A DNA stretch of 64,000 nt from Candidatus Eremiobacteria bacterium (GTDB lineage Bacteria; Vulcanimicrobiota; Vulcanimicrobiia; Vulcanimicrobiales; Vulcanimicrobiaceae), in assembly GCA_963737065.1 (NCBI GenBank), contig CAVTRC010000001.1, positions 1,120,001-1,184,000 on the forward strand, written 5' to 3'. The notes under the pieces were generated by a model. That model saw nothing but the letters and a program-made list of their open reading frames with translations. It was not told the origin of the DNA and did no database searches. Numbering within the stretch: the first letter of the stretch is position 1; each line of letters begins with the position of its first letter. Below, one piece after another: positions 30,731 to 41,351 of this stretch. Position numbers and translations under genes: made by a program.

Positions 30731-31461
30731 ACGGATCGCATGCCGACATGCTCGACGACGTTGCCGTTTATGCGCTCGGCACGTTGCCGCACACGGAAGC
30801 CGAGCGGGTGCGCGCGCATATCGAAAACTGCGCCGAGTGCCGTGCAGAGTACGAAGCGCTCGCGCCGGCCGTTAGTGCCGTTGCGCAAAGCGCGGAGGCC
30901 AGCGCCGACGGCGCCAACGGCGCTATTCACGCATCGCCGCTACTCAAAGCGCGGATCATGCGCGAGGTCCGCACATCAGATCGTGCGCCGAAGCTCTGGC
31001 CGTCATATGCCTTTGCCGCGGCGTGCCTCGCGATCGCACTGGGCCTCGCGGGGCAAAATCTCTCGTTGACGCGTACGCTTCATACCGCCGAAATCTCGCA
31101 ATCCCATGTAACGAGTACGCGACCGATCGACGAGCAAACGCTCGCGGATCTGGTCGATCAACGCGCGAAACGATATCGGGTTCCGGGCGGTGAAATCGTT
31201 CGCTCGAACAATCGTCTCTATATCGCAATGGACGACATGCCGCAACCGCCGCGCGGAAAGGTTTATCAAGCGTGGACGGAACGGAAGGGCTCGAAGACGA
31301 TGAATCCCGGCGCCACGTTTGTTCCCGATCGGCACGGCGTAGCGATTTTGCCGGTCTCTTCAGAGGCGCGGGCGTTGCATGCCGTCGCCGTTAGCGTCGA
31401 ACCGCCCGGCGGGAGCAAGGCGCCAACGACATCACCCGTGGTACTCGAACTGCTGGAGTAA
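30727..31461 (+). CDS. Anti-sigma factor, RskA-like with ZAS motif
   Basis: YALG, HxxxCxxC (HIENCAEC), TM, YQAW, AVSVEPPGGS..PT. Confidence 0.9.
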   Translation: MNGSHADMLDDVAVYALGTLPHTEAERVRAHIENCAECRAEYEALAPAVSAVAQSAEASADGANGAIHASPLLKARIMREVRTSDRAPKLWPSYAFAAACLAIALGLAGQNLSLTRTLHTAEISQSHVTSTRPIDEQTLADLVDQRAKRYRVPGGEIVRSNNRLYIAMDDMPQPPRGKVYQAWTERKGSKTMNPGATFVPDRHGVAILPVSSEARALHAVAVSVEPPGGSKAPTTSPVVLELLE

Positions 31462-32286
31462 TGATTCGAACGCAACCGCTCTCCGGCACGCTCGAGACAG
31501 CGGCCCTCGCATATCTTGCCCGAGCACCTTACGAACATGTCTTTCTCACGTACCTCATTCTCTTCGACGTTGCGGCGTCGACACGCAACGCGATTCGCAT
31601 CGCGGTCGACGAATCGGGCGCCGTAACGGGCGTCGGCTACTTCGGACGCCAAGTGGTGCTCGCCGCCGAAGATGCACCGACGATCGCGGCGCTGGCGGCC
31701 GCGGCACGTTCATTTCGCGGCGAACGCATGATCGTCGGACCGCGAGCAACGATCGCGCGCTACTGGGAATTGATCCGTGACGGTCACGCGCTGCCGCGTT
31801 TGGTTCGCGAGCGTCAATACGTGATGATGCTGGAACGCTCGATGCTCCGTCCGTACGAACACAGCGTCGTCGGCCGCCGCGCGCGCATCGACGAGTGGAC
31901 GGCGGTTGCCGATAATTCCGCGCTGATGATCGGACAAGAACTCGACTACGATCCGCGCCGCTCGTCGCCGGAATTTACGTCGAACGTGCGCGCGATGATC
32001 GACCGCGGGTTGTGGTGGGTCGGGGAATCGTACGGGCGGCTGTGTTTCTTCTGCAACATCGGGCCGTGGAGCCCGCAAACGGCGCAACTGCAAGGAATTT
32101 GGACGCCGGAGGATTTGCGCGGGAAAGGGCTCGCGACGGAGGCATTGAGCGCGGTGTGCGACCGTTTGCTCGCGATGTCGCCCGACCCTTTCGTTGTACG
32201 TCAACGACTTCAACTCGAAAGCACTTGCGTTGTACGAGCGAGTCGGATTCAAAATCGTGTCCGAGTTCCAGACGCTCCTTTTTTAG
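31461..32286 (+). CDS. GNAT acetyltransferase (one apparent frameshift near 32182)
   Basis: LRGKGLA motif; shifted frame gives TLSLYVNDFNSKALALYERVGF...TAG at 32284-32286. Confidence 0.85.
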
Positions 32287-32472
32287 TTACTCGCCGTGTC
32301 GGGTAAAGCGGTCTTCGACGGTGTGTACGCCTGTTTCGACCGCGCGCTCGGTATTGGTCACGAGGCCGATGATCCACCGGATCGTCGCGATGACGCCGAT
32401 GATCGCGAAAATAAAGATGATGACGAAGAACCACGCCGCGGTTTCGGCAAGGCGGATCAGTATATGCTCCAT
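32287..32472 (-). CDS. Small single-pass membrane protein
   Basis: 61 aa with a strong TM segment; stop abuts the corrected GNAT stop. Confidence 0.65.
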   Translation of the reverse strand: MEHILIRLAETAAWFFVIIFIFAIIGVIATIRWIIGLVTNTERAVETGVHTVEDRFTRHGE

Positions 32473-32648
32473 CGCCGTCGCTTAGCCGCTCGCCGGAATA
32501 CGACCTTTTAGCGGCGCGCCTCCAGCGATTCCGGCGTTACGGGTTTCGCAATGGACCAGTTTGTCAATGCGCGAAGTTCAGGTCTACGGCGCAAGCGTCA
32601 CAACGCTGCGCGGAACCGCGCTCGTGCCAACGTCGGAGGAACTCGCTC

Positions 32649-33354
32649 ATGGCCGTGGCTCATATCGTCCTTCACCTTACGTTGTGCAATGCGATGGTGC
32701 ACGCGCCGTCGGGAACGCCCATCGATGTGAAACTGCACGCAACCGATCACACCGGGCGGCGAGACCTACGACCGCAAGTTCACGTTTACGCGCGGCGACA
32801 GCGAGATTCAGACCGTCGAATTCGATTCGCCGCGTGGCGTGTTTCGCATGACGTACGATGCGCCAAAATTCAACTGCGGCGCCGCGGAATATGAGGTCTT
32901 CCTCGAGGACGAATCGCGGAACATGAACGTGGCGCTTAAACCCGGCCATCCGCAACCGCGCAATCCGACGTTGCTCGTCGGCACCGCGCCGCAGGCATTT
33001 CTTTTCGAACAGCCGACGTTCGTGCTGATCGATAAGAGCATCGCTTGCGGGAAGCCTGTTGATTCGACGCTCGATGAGGACATGGACACCGAGTACGATC
33101 CCGGATCGTTCCATCTCAAACTCTATCCCTCGCCGGACATCATGCGACGCGGGTCGGTCACGCTTGCGTTTAAACTGACGAGCAGCACCGGCGACGACCA
33201 ATTCATCCGCTTGAAGTTTCCGTATCCGCAACCGTGGGCCGGATGGCCGTACACGATTCAATTCAATTTGCCCGAGGGAATCCTCGACGAAATCGCCACC
33301 GAGCAAAAAGGCGTACTGCTCTGCCCGAAGATCTACCAAACCACAGGCGGCTAG
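32649..33354 (+). CDS. Hypothetical protein (apparent frameshift near 32755)
   Basis: ORF from 32649 joins the 32839 frame via GGETYDRKFTFTRGD. Confidence 0.6.
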
Positions 33355-33386
33355 CGATTGCGGAAATTCAAAACCTGAAACGCTCT

Positions 33387-33401
33387 AGTGGCGCGCGAGC
33401 G
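33387..33401. repeat. Candidate att direct repeat (degenerate tRNA-Sec 3' end)
   Basis: agtggcg[c]g[c]gagcg versus agtggcgggagcg at 41350-41362. Confidence 0.45.
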
Positions 33402-33651
33402 CGACGACCAGAACGATAAAAACGATAAATGCTAAAAGATATACGAACTGCACGCCGAGCAACAGTATAATTACAACGTTGACAATCTTCTGGCGACCGC
33501 GCGCTTCATTCGGTTCTTTTCGCATGCCACTTTACCGGCGCTCCGTGATACGACTGGCGCGCGTTCATCATCAGCTGCTCATTGTCATCGCGAGGTGAAT
33601 TCACTCGAAAAGTCGTTATTTCTGAGCTGACCGAGTTGCCTGACTCTCGTT

Positions 33652-34842
33652 TTGCCCGCTGCGGTGGCGTTTGGGCTAACGTGGGCGCCCACTAGGCGAT
33701 TGCTGGCGCGGAATTTTTATGTCGAATATCTTATTGCCAGTCATGATCCGACGCGATGGTCATTTTCGGAGAGCACGAGTCTGAGCGAAGTTCTTATCGT
33801 TGCTCGTCGACACGGTGATGGCGAACGGCCGCGCGACTTAACTACCACCGTCGTCAATCTTTGGCAGAATCCGACAACGCCGGTCGACGCGTTGGCTATC
33901 GCGGAAACGTTGGCGCAAACTGCGCCCCCGTTGCTTATGCAAGAAGCGACGCCGCTGCGTGACGTCGTCTATTCTGTGACGACGCGTCAACAGAAAAGGG
34001 GCGAAGCATGTAGCGTTCCGTGGCGTTCAATTCAGGAAGGGCAATGGCGCCCGATCGCCTTCGCACAAACCGAGCTCAACCGCCTCGCGTGGCTCATACT
34101 CGAAGGCAAGTTTCGCTTACCTTCGCAGAAATCGTCAACTCGGCTCAATCTTGTGGCGTTGAAACAACTCGGCGAATTAGGCCCCGATGGACGAGACGTG
34201 TACGACTGCTTTGAGGAGTCTCTCTCAAAGAGCGCTTTCAGAGCCTTGTGGGGTTACGACGCCGACACAATGGCAAAGATGCACGGAAAGGCCAACCGCT
34301 ATCTCTCCGTGCATTCGAAACCCGCTCCTGGAAGACCAGAGCGTCCAGTTGATCTTGTCTGGCCGAAGGCCGGTCGGATAATGCTTCCGGACAAGATTTG
34401 GTTGACGACGCGTAGAGTCGTAGCTGTTCGTTTGGACAAACCCGCGGTAAGCAACGTCTGGTGGCCATTCAAATTGCGAGAGAACAACTATGATGCGGAG
34501 AAAGCTCTCGTTCTCTGGTTAAACAGTTCACTGGCCCTTGTTTTACTACTTTGGACACGTGTCCCAACACGCGGCCCTTGGCTGAAGTTCAAAAAGCCAC
34601 TTCTTAAAGAACTTCCGACGCTAGATGTGCTCTCGTTGTCTGAGCCGCAACTACGCACGCTTGCCGACGCTTATGATCGTTTCAAGCACAAAACGCTACG
34701 TCCATTGGCTGAAATCGAGCAAGATTTATGCCGTGCTGAAATCGATGATGTTCTCGCAAACGTTCTTCGACTGCCAGATCTTGCTCCGCTGAGAGAACTC
34801 TTGGCGCGTGAGCCTATCATCGCAAACGTGCAGATAAGCTAG
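33652..34842 (+). pseudogene. C-terminal half of a type IIG-like restriction-modification / DNA methyltransferase
   Basis: LVLP...W..TRRLL...SHDP...FSESTSLSEVLIVARR and LWLNSSL; in-frame TGA at 33628, no motif I or NPPY region. Confidence 0.65.
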
Positions 34843-35157
34843 TTTGTTGTAGGATCAGCGTACGATAGCATTCGCTGTACGTGTGCGGCAGTGAAAATTT
34901 TGATCGCGGCGCGAGTGTAGGCATCCGGCGTCGAGCGGCTTCGCAGTCGTATGGACTCCAACGTCCCGCGCGCGGCATTTCGGCCGGATGAGCGCCAATA
35001 GCGGTGTTCGGGCCCATATGAATGCGGGACACAATGGCAACCATTTAGGCGGACGCCAGTAATCAGGCACGACTGTTCCAGCGGACCATTTCCTTACGTG
35101 ACGGGCGAGCCTCGCATTAGTCGCGAAGTTTACACAAAATGTCCAGGGGGAGGTCAT

Positions 35158-35738
35158 ATGCGGCGCTTTTCTCGACTAACTATCATTTGCTCGGCTGCGA
35201 TTCTCTTTTCGTCTGCTGGCTTTGCACGAGCCGCATCGAGCATGGACATCCTCCGTAACAAAGCTCTCGCGTTGCTTCCCCAGATTACGACCGTTTCGAT
35301 GAACGACTCTGACGTGTCGAATTACGGTTACGCGAAGGTGCAACACGATGCTACGTTCCGTCATGCTTATGAAAAGCTTATCGCCTCTGATCGAAACAAC
35401 GTGATTTTGGACAGTACTCTAGCCTTGGGGCATAGCGTCGAAAGTCCGATCGAGACCGTCTCCGTCAACGGTCGGGAAATTTTGATCGATCACGTGTGTC
35501 GGCCCCATGCTGTCCCGATGCGTATGCATTCTACGCATACGATCCACGCGTTAAGGTCATGTTCGCGTTCGTCCTAGCGGACAATCATATTAGGGCAGTC
35601 GGCAATCCGCCTGACCCGGTGATTCCCGCTCTTCTTCTTGACATGTGGGCCAGATCGGCGAGGGCTCCTAACTCTTCATTTCCTTTGCACGGGAATGACC
35701 TAAACAGTGTACGCGACTTCCTAATGGCGATACACTGA
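35158..35738 (+). CDS. Ivy-like C-type lysozyme inhibitor (frameshift near 35510)
   Basis: GGAGG RBS, signal peptide; joining frames gives V-C-R-P-H-x-C-P-D, cf. Ivy CKPHDC, then VGNP. Confidence 0.65.
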
Positions 35739-35905
35739 ATGCTCTCGTCGCGCGCCGCTATACTGGCCGCTTGCTCAGTGGCGGCACGATATGAAACGAT
35801 GGTTCGGCAAGAAAGGTGACTTAAGCGGTATCGCGCCGGATGCCGGCGCCGAGCTTTTTGGGCCGCAAGCGACGCATCGCGAGGCGCGATTGGGAGATGT
35901 ACGAC

Positions 35906-36592
35906 TTACTCGGAAACCGGCGTTTCGCCGAGCCAATCAAAGGCGAGCGTACGAACAGCATCCATCGTCGCGGCTTCGAGATCGCTGTACGTGTCGAAAT
36001 TATAGACGCCAAATAGCCGTGCGGGAAGGACGGCGTCGGCAACGTCGAGCCCGAGCTGTGTGAGCTTTTGCACCGGCCAGTGGTTTGAATCGTTCGCTTT
36101 CCAATCATAGTGGTGACGCGACCAATCCCCGACGGCGCGGAAAGCCTCTAACAGCGTCACGTCTTGAGCTTTCGCACCTCCAGCGATTTCATGCGCTTTA
36201 CGTTTCGCCTTAGCGGCTAATTCCCGCACGCCATTGTCTATCGTAATCACTAACGAACTGGCTGCATTCGCGCACTGCACGCGCAAGAGCCCTAAATGGG
36301 CGGAAATCAAACCGCTAGCAACGCCATTCATCTCTGCGACGTGAGCGGGAGTGAACGAGGGAGGCGCCGCCATTTCGTGCCTTCCTGCCTGCACCTCACG
36401 GGTTACAGCGTCAAATTCACGCAACAGTCCTGTCGCCTGATGGGACAGGGTCGCCAATGCGGGACGACCGGTGTCGAGATTCATCCGGAAGAGCGTAACG
36501 AGCAGACCGCGCTTGTTGATACTCAAGCCCGCTATTAGCTGTTCTACGTTATCTGGGCCGTTGTTGATGTTCTCGTGATTGCTGCTTGCCAT
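35906..36592 (-). CDS. Hypothetical island protein
   Basis: Intact 228 aa ORF with ATG start; no motif recognised. Confidence 0.6.
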   Translation of the reverse strand: MASSNHENINNGPDNVEQLIAGLSINKRGLLVTLFRMNLDTGRPALATLSHQATGLLREFDAVTREVQAGRHEMAAPPSFTPAHVAEMNGVASGLISAHLGLLRVQCANAASSLVITIDNGVRELAAKAKRKAHEIAGGAKAQDVTLLEAFRAVGDWSRHHYDWKANDSNHWPVQKLTQLGLDVADAVLPARLFGVYNFDTYSDLEAATMDAVRTLAFDWLGETPVSE

Positions 36593-36927
36593 AGTGATCC
36601 ATACTCATTTCGTGAAGTGCTTGCGACGCGGTCGTCGATAGACAGGGCACGGAAAGGCGGAATTCTTATCCGAGACAAAAGTCAACGAATTGTTGTGCTA
36701 AATGAATAACACGGTTTTTGTGGCAACCGTGATGATGTAACTGATATCACCAAACGTATCTTTGTTCGCGGTAAAAAGGGCCATTTGTTGACGACCCGCA
36801 ATCCCGTAGGCCTCCAAATGCATGATATTCGGTAAATCCGTTGACTTACCGAATGAATTGCGGGTTTAAGGCCGCCCATGTTATCCGGCGCCATTTTTCG
36901 GGCGCCCAGCCCTTTCCGAGCGTCGTC

Positions 36928-37167
36928 TTATCTAAGCGGGCGCTCCAGAATTACCACTGGCCCCGAGGGCGCTTCGGCGTACGAAGCGACGACGTGCCAA
37001 CCCGCCTTACCGTTAGCGTTTAATTGAGCTACAAAATCAGCAGTCTGCCCGATGGTTTTGTACTCGAATGCTTGCGGTGCATCAGCCTTCGCGCTCGCCA
37101 CGTGCAGACCGAAAACGAGCAAAATCGCCGCGCAAAACATGACAACGATCGAAAAAACTGTCTTCAT
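36928..37167 (-). CDS. Small secreted DUF4177-like protein
   Basis: GGAGG RBS, signal peptide, FEYKT...LNANGKAGWHVV...ILERP. Confidence 0.7.
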   Translation of the reverse strand: MKTVFSIVVMFCAAILLVFGLHVASAKADAPQAFEYKTIGQTADFVAQLNANGKAGWHVVASYAEAPSGPVVILERPLR

Positions 37168-37276
37168 TCCATCCTCCAGCGAAGTATTGAATTTCCCCGC
37201 TTCGCTGCTATATCGGTACCGCCTTGAGTATTTTGGAACCATTCAGAAAAGCGCACCCAAGACTTGATCAAAGTCC

Positions 37277-37759
37277 TCAATTTCTCAGTATTGATAGCGC
37301 GCTCTCGCCTTGGAGCTCGCGTTCTGCGTCTGCGATCGCATCGGCGCGCATGCGCTCTAGCGTCGCCTCGTCAAAGGCATGCTCGATCCGTTCAGTGTCG
37401 AGGCCGCAAAGCTTCGCGATGCGCTCTTGCGCCGCAATAGCTTGTTTCAGCGCCGCGACGGCGCCGTTGATATTGCTCATGTTGATCGCCTGCGCGTGCG
37501 CCTCATAGGCGCGACGTACGGCGTGCTTTGCCTGCGCGACGAGTTTCCCGCGAAGTGCATCGCGCGCGAGCTGTCCCATGCGCGTCGCCCATCGTTCTTC
37601 GATGATCTTCGTGTACTTCGCCGCAGTCGTGCGCGTTATGCCGGGCACGACGCGTGCAATCGCGCTCGGACTCTCGATGCCCTGTAACATCGCCGTTTCG
37701 ACGAGTTCAAGCATGCGTTCGCGATCTTTGATTTTCCGTAGCCAAAGGGTTCCCCCCAA
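37277..37759 (-). CDS. HTH protein resembling a phage terminase small subunit
   Basis: N-terminal HTH (SPSAIARVVPGITRTTAAKY), helices ending ERIAKLCGLD..RIEH. Confidence 0.5.
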   Translation of the reverse strand: MGGTLWLRKIKDRERMLELVETAMLQGIESPSAIARVVPGITRTTAAKYTKIIEERWATRMGQLARDALRGKLVAQAKHAVRRAYEAHAQAINMSNINGAVAALKQAIAAQERIAKLCGLDTERIEHAFDEATLERMRADAIADAERELQGESALSILRN

Positions 37760-37979
37760 ATGCGCTCATATCAGCGCAAAGCGAAGCGCGCTTCCGGCTT
37801 GCGCCCTGCCGACACGGAAGTGACAGGGGAACAACGCAAGCCGGAGCGCGTCGTCATTCGCACGCGAACGCGAGGAATATCGCGCGCGAAGTGAAGCGTC
37901 ACGCGGGACGAAGCAAGTACCGCGCAACGCTACAGCGTTACAGCGCCGGCCAGCCGCCGGGCGGTGTCGGTACGCCAAG

Positions 37980-38500
37980 CTCTTTCAGGCGCGCACGACA
38001 GCTCGCGATCTCCACGATGCAGGTTTCGACGATCGCGCGCTCTTTCTCGATGGCATCGTAGCCGTCAAACGACCACGACCCCTTCAATGATGCGAATCGC
38101 TAGATCGCGGCGCTCCTCGGCAATCTTCTGGCGCTTGCGCACGTCGGCGATGCGTTCTGTGTAAAACGCGATCGCGGCCGTCTCGTATTCGACTTCGCGC
38201 TCGCGCAATCTCGGCGGTGAGCCACGTCTTTTCGCTTTCGAGCTCGACGCGTCGCTTGTGAGGCAAGTTACTGCCGAGTGCGGTGTTCGTTCGCCGAAGA
38301 TCGGCCTGGAACGCGTTCAAAGCGACGAGTAAATCGTGCGGGTTTGCCGCGTGCGTTTTCATCGCCGCTTCCGCCTTTCGGATCGACGAGGTTGGAGATG
38401 GCTTGCTCCATCGTCGTCTGCGCGGCTTCGCGGTCGCCCGCTTTCGGCGTTTTGCCGCGCAGAATTGCTTTGATGGTCGATTCGAAACTATCGTCCATTG
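37980..38500 (-). CDS. Two small phage-like hypothetical ORFs (frameshifted)
   Basis: MDDSFESTIK... followed by coiled-coil MKTHAANPH...; boundaries approximate. Confidence 0.4.
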
Positions 38501-38649
38501 TTGCTTCGTCCTTCGTGTTGACAACGCCCGATGCGCTCGATGCGTCGGGCAAGAAATAATCGAGCCGCAGCGGAACTGCGACTCGATATGTGGCTGACGA
38601 TACGACCTCAGCGATAACCTGGAAGCTTGCATCGTCAAGACACGCTAAC

Positions 38650-39415
38650 GATTATTTTTTTCGTGCCGTCGAATGGGCCGAGGCTTGATTCGCGCGTGTG
38701 CGTTGCCGCGCCAAATGTACCATATTCAGGGGCTTACCATCCAACTTCGCGATGTTCGGCTTATACTGCGCGTCGGATACTCTTCATTTTCGACGTTGCA
38801 CGAGATTCGTACAGTTCGCGATCGTCCTCTGAAGCGGGTGTAATCAGTCATGATCATTTTCTGAAGGGGGGTTGGTCGCGTTCGCGTGCGAACTAGTATG
38901 AAGGCTTAATCCCTCCCCTATAGTACTTGACTGCATCTATTTCTTTTCTCTACTTTGGGTGCCGGTTTTTCCAACCGGCCGCGCTACCGGTTTCTCCACT
39001 GTGGCGTGGAAGTTTTGGTACTGTGTATCCGTTTTTTCCACCGGTGGAGATTTTGGTACATGGCGGATTAAAACGTGTGATAGCCTAGACACGCTTACAT
39101 CGTTCGAGGTCGACGTCGGTACGGCATCAAGTTCGATATAATAACGATTGGCCGTCCTCAACGTGTGATATACGTGGAGCAAAGTCCTCCGCTTTTCTAA
39201 GCGATCGTGCGACGGCTAGTAACGTCTTCCGATCGCAGCGTAAATCTCCGCACTTGACGCTCGTAGGCTAGGCCAAGCGGTATTGATGTTCGCCCTGATA
39301 GATGCGCGAGATGTTAGGAGGACGCGTATATCGAATGGGCTTCAGATGCGATCGTAAGATGGATGTGTAGGCTTCTGCAGAAGCTTCTATGCGCCGTGTA
39401 TCGTCGTCACGCATC
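38650..39415 (-). CDS. HTH-type replication initiator-like protein (multiple frameshifts)
   Basis: Fragments AWPS, CDRKT, TANRYYI and a low-complexity linker carrying iteron-like repeats; boundaries approximate. Confidence 0.5.
38962..39059. repeat. Iteron-like direct repeats (candidate origin)
   Basis: ccggtttttcca 38962, ccggtttctcca 38987, ccgttttttcca 39029; tggaagttttggtac 39007 and tggagattttggtac 39045. Confidence 0.55.
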
Positions 39416-39439
39416 GCACCGATCACGGCGCCTTTCTCA

Positions 39440-39621
39440 AGATGCGCGGGATAGCACTGTACGGGAATTCGAACCATTCTCGTTCCGATAGTGATTGCAG
39501 AGATCGTACCGTCGGCGATACGGCGGTAGATCGTGCGATCTGAGACGTTCAGAATGCGCGCGGCGACGCTCACGCGATATGAGGGCGTCGTCAGCTAGGT
39601 TTTGGAATTGTGGCAAGGCAT
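39440..39621 (-). CDS. Excisionase-type HTH regulator
   Basis: AARILNVSDRTIYRRIADGTISAITIGTRMVRIP; GGAGG before ATG 39621; indels present. Confidence 0.7.
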
Positions 39622-39836
39622 TTAAGCCTCCCATTTTTCAGACGACGCCAGAAGCGTCGAGTGCGAGAGCCCTTAATTCTCGCGGCGGGAGCACGCCCGC
39701 TAATGGCAGAAACAGTAGCACGAGCCCTTGCCTCACGTCAACTTGAAGTCGAGACTTGAAATATATGCGAGGCGCGTTGACGCGTGCCGATCTCGTTCGT
39801 CATTGATGGAAAGACGACGAAACATGGGTTGAGGGG

Positions 39837-40060
39837 ATGATGCGAGACGACAAGCGTACCGTGACGATACAGAGGCCGCCCAAATCCTGGGCATCGGCCG
39901 AAACCAAGCTTACGAAGCGGCGCGCTCCGGAAAGCTTCCGACCATCGCCTTTGGCGAGCGGAAGAGCGACGGAAAGCCAACGCGTTACCTCGTCCCGGGC
40001 GCTGCCTTGAAAGGCTGCTTTCAGTGCGCGACGAACACGCGCACCCGCTCCATAGTCCGG
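39837..40060 (+). CDS. Excisionase (HTH_17-like), frameshifted, not in the ORF track
   Basis: MRDDKRTVTI + EAAQILGIGRNQAYEAARSGKLPTIAFG...YLVP directly upstream of the integrase. Confidence 0.7.
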
Positions 40061-40080
40061 GCGGCGAAAGGAGAGATACC

Positions 40081-41260
40081 TTGAAAGGGAGCGTAAAGCG
40101 CTTGCCATCGGGCAAGTGGATGCTCATTTACGACGCGCCCCGTTAATCGATGGCAAGCGTAAACAGCGACTACGAAACCGTATCTGTGAAGACCGAAGCT
40201 CAAGCGCGAGCGGCTTCTCGGGAAGCGGCTCGACACGATCGAGGCGGGCGAGTTCGAAGCGCCTTCAAAGATGACCTTTGGGGAGCTGCTCGACCGATTA
40301 TCTCGACGCGCGCAACGGCCGCATCGAAAGAGCACGACACTGGCACTCTATCGGCGCACGATCAATCAACACGTGCGCCCGATAGATCGGCGACGTTAAA
40401 GTCTCGAGAAGCTAACCAGGGACCATGTCGAGCGCGTTCTCCGGATACGGCGCGCGATTGCTCAACGCGAAAGCGCAAGGGGCAACGCGCTCAGTGCGGT
40501 CGGACGAAACGGAACATTCTCATTCGAGTACGATTCTGTGCTCGAATGGGGTTCCAAGAACTACGAAGGCGTTCGGAACATCGCGCGCAATGTCGAACCG
40601 CCAAGAGGATACGATCGCGAGGACGTCGCGTTCGACGGCGAGCGCGTTCGGAGATCTTCTCAAGGCCGCTAAGGGTACCGAAATCGAAGCCGCCGTGATC
40701 GCGGCGATCGGGACCGGGCTGCGCCGTGGCGAACTTTGCGCACTTCGTTGGTGCGATATCGACCTCGAGAAGGACGGCTCCACGTTCGTCAGTCCGGCTG
40801 CGCTGCTCGACGGTAAGAGTCATCACGAAGGCGCCGAAGACGAAACGATCGCGTCGCGTCGTATCCATCCCGGCGTTCGTTGTGACGGCGCTTCGCGCGC
40901 ATCGCGAAGCAACAGGCAGCAGCGTCATCGTCTCCTCGGCATCGGAAACCAGAGGCGACAGAAGGGGCCGTGTTCGATCGGTACGAGGCACGCGCTGGAA
41001 TCCGAACGAACTGTCGCGTCAGTTCTCGCGCATCGTCACGGCGCAAGAAATTGCCGCCAACGCGGTTCCATGATCTTCGCCACGGATACGCCTCGCTGGC
41101 ATTCGCCGCCGGCGTCCCATTGAAGATCGTGAGCGATCTGCTCGGGCACTCCGGGATCAACGTGACGGCGAACGTTTACACCCATCTCCTGGATAGCCAA
41201 GAAAGGCGACGGCGCAGATGCTCGACGCCATCTTAAAACGGCCGTTCGGCCGAAGCGATC
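40081..41260 (+). CDS. Tyrosine recombinase/integrase (multiple frameshifts)
   Basis: MKGSVKR..GKW start; TGLRRGELCALRW; RFHDLRHGYAS; LLGHS...TANVYTH. Confidence 0.9.
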
Positions 41261-41280
41261 GCCTAGCCTCAGGCGATTCT

Positions 41281-41300
41281 GTGTAGTAGACGGTGTAGTA
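41281..41300 (+). repeat. Tandem 8-mer GTGTAGTA (12 bp period), candidate integrase arm sites
   Basis: gtgtagta-gacg-gtgtagta between the integrase and the tRNA 3' end. Confidence 0.5.
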
Positions 41301-41351
41301 AAACCGACCGTGCCCCGCAAACCCGCGTAAAATGGGCGCGAAGCGAATAAG

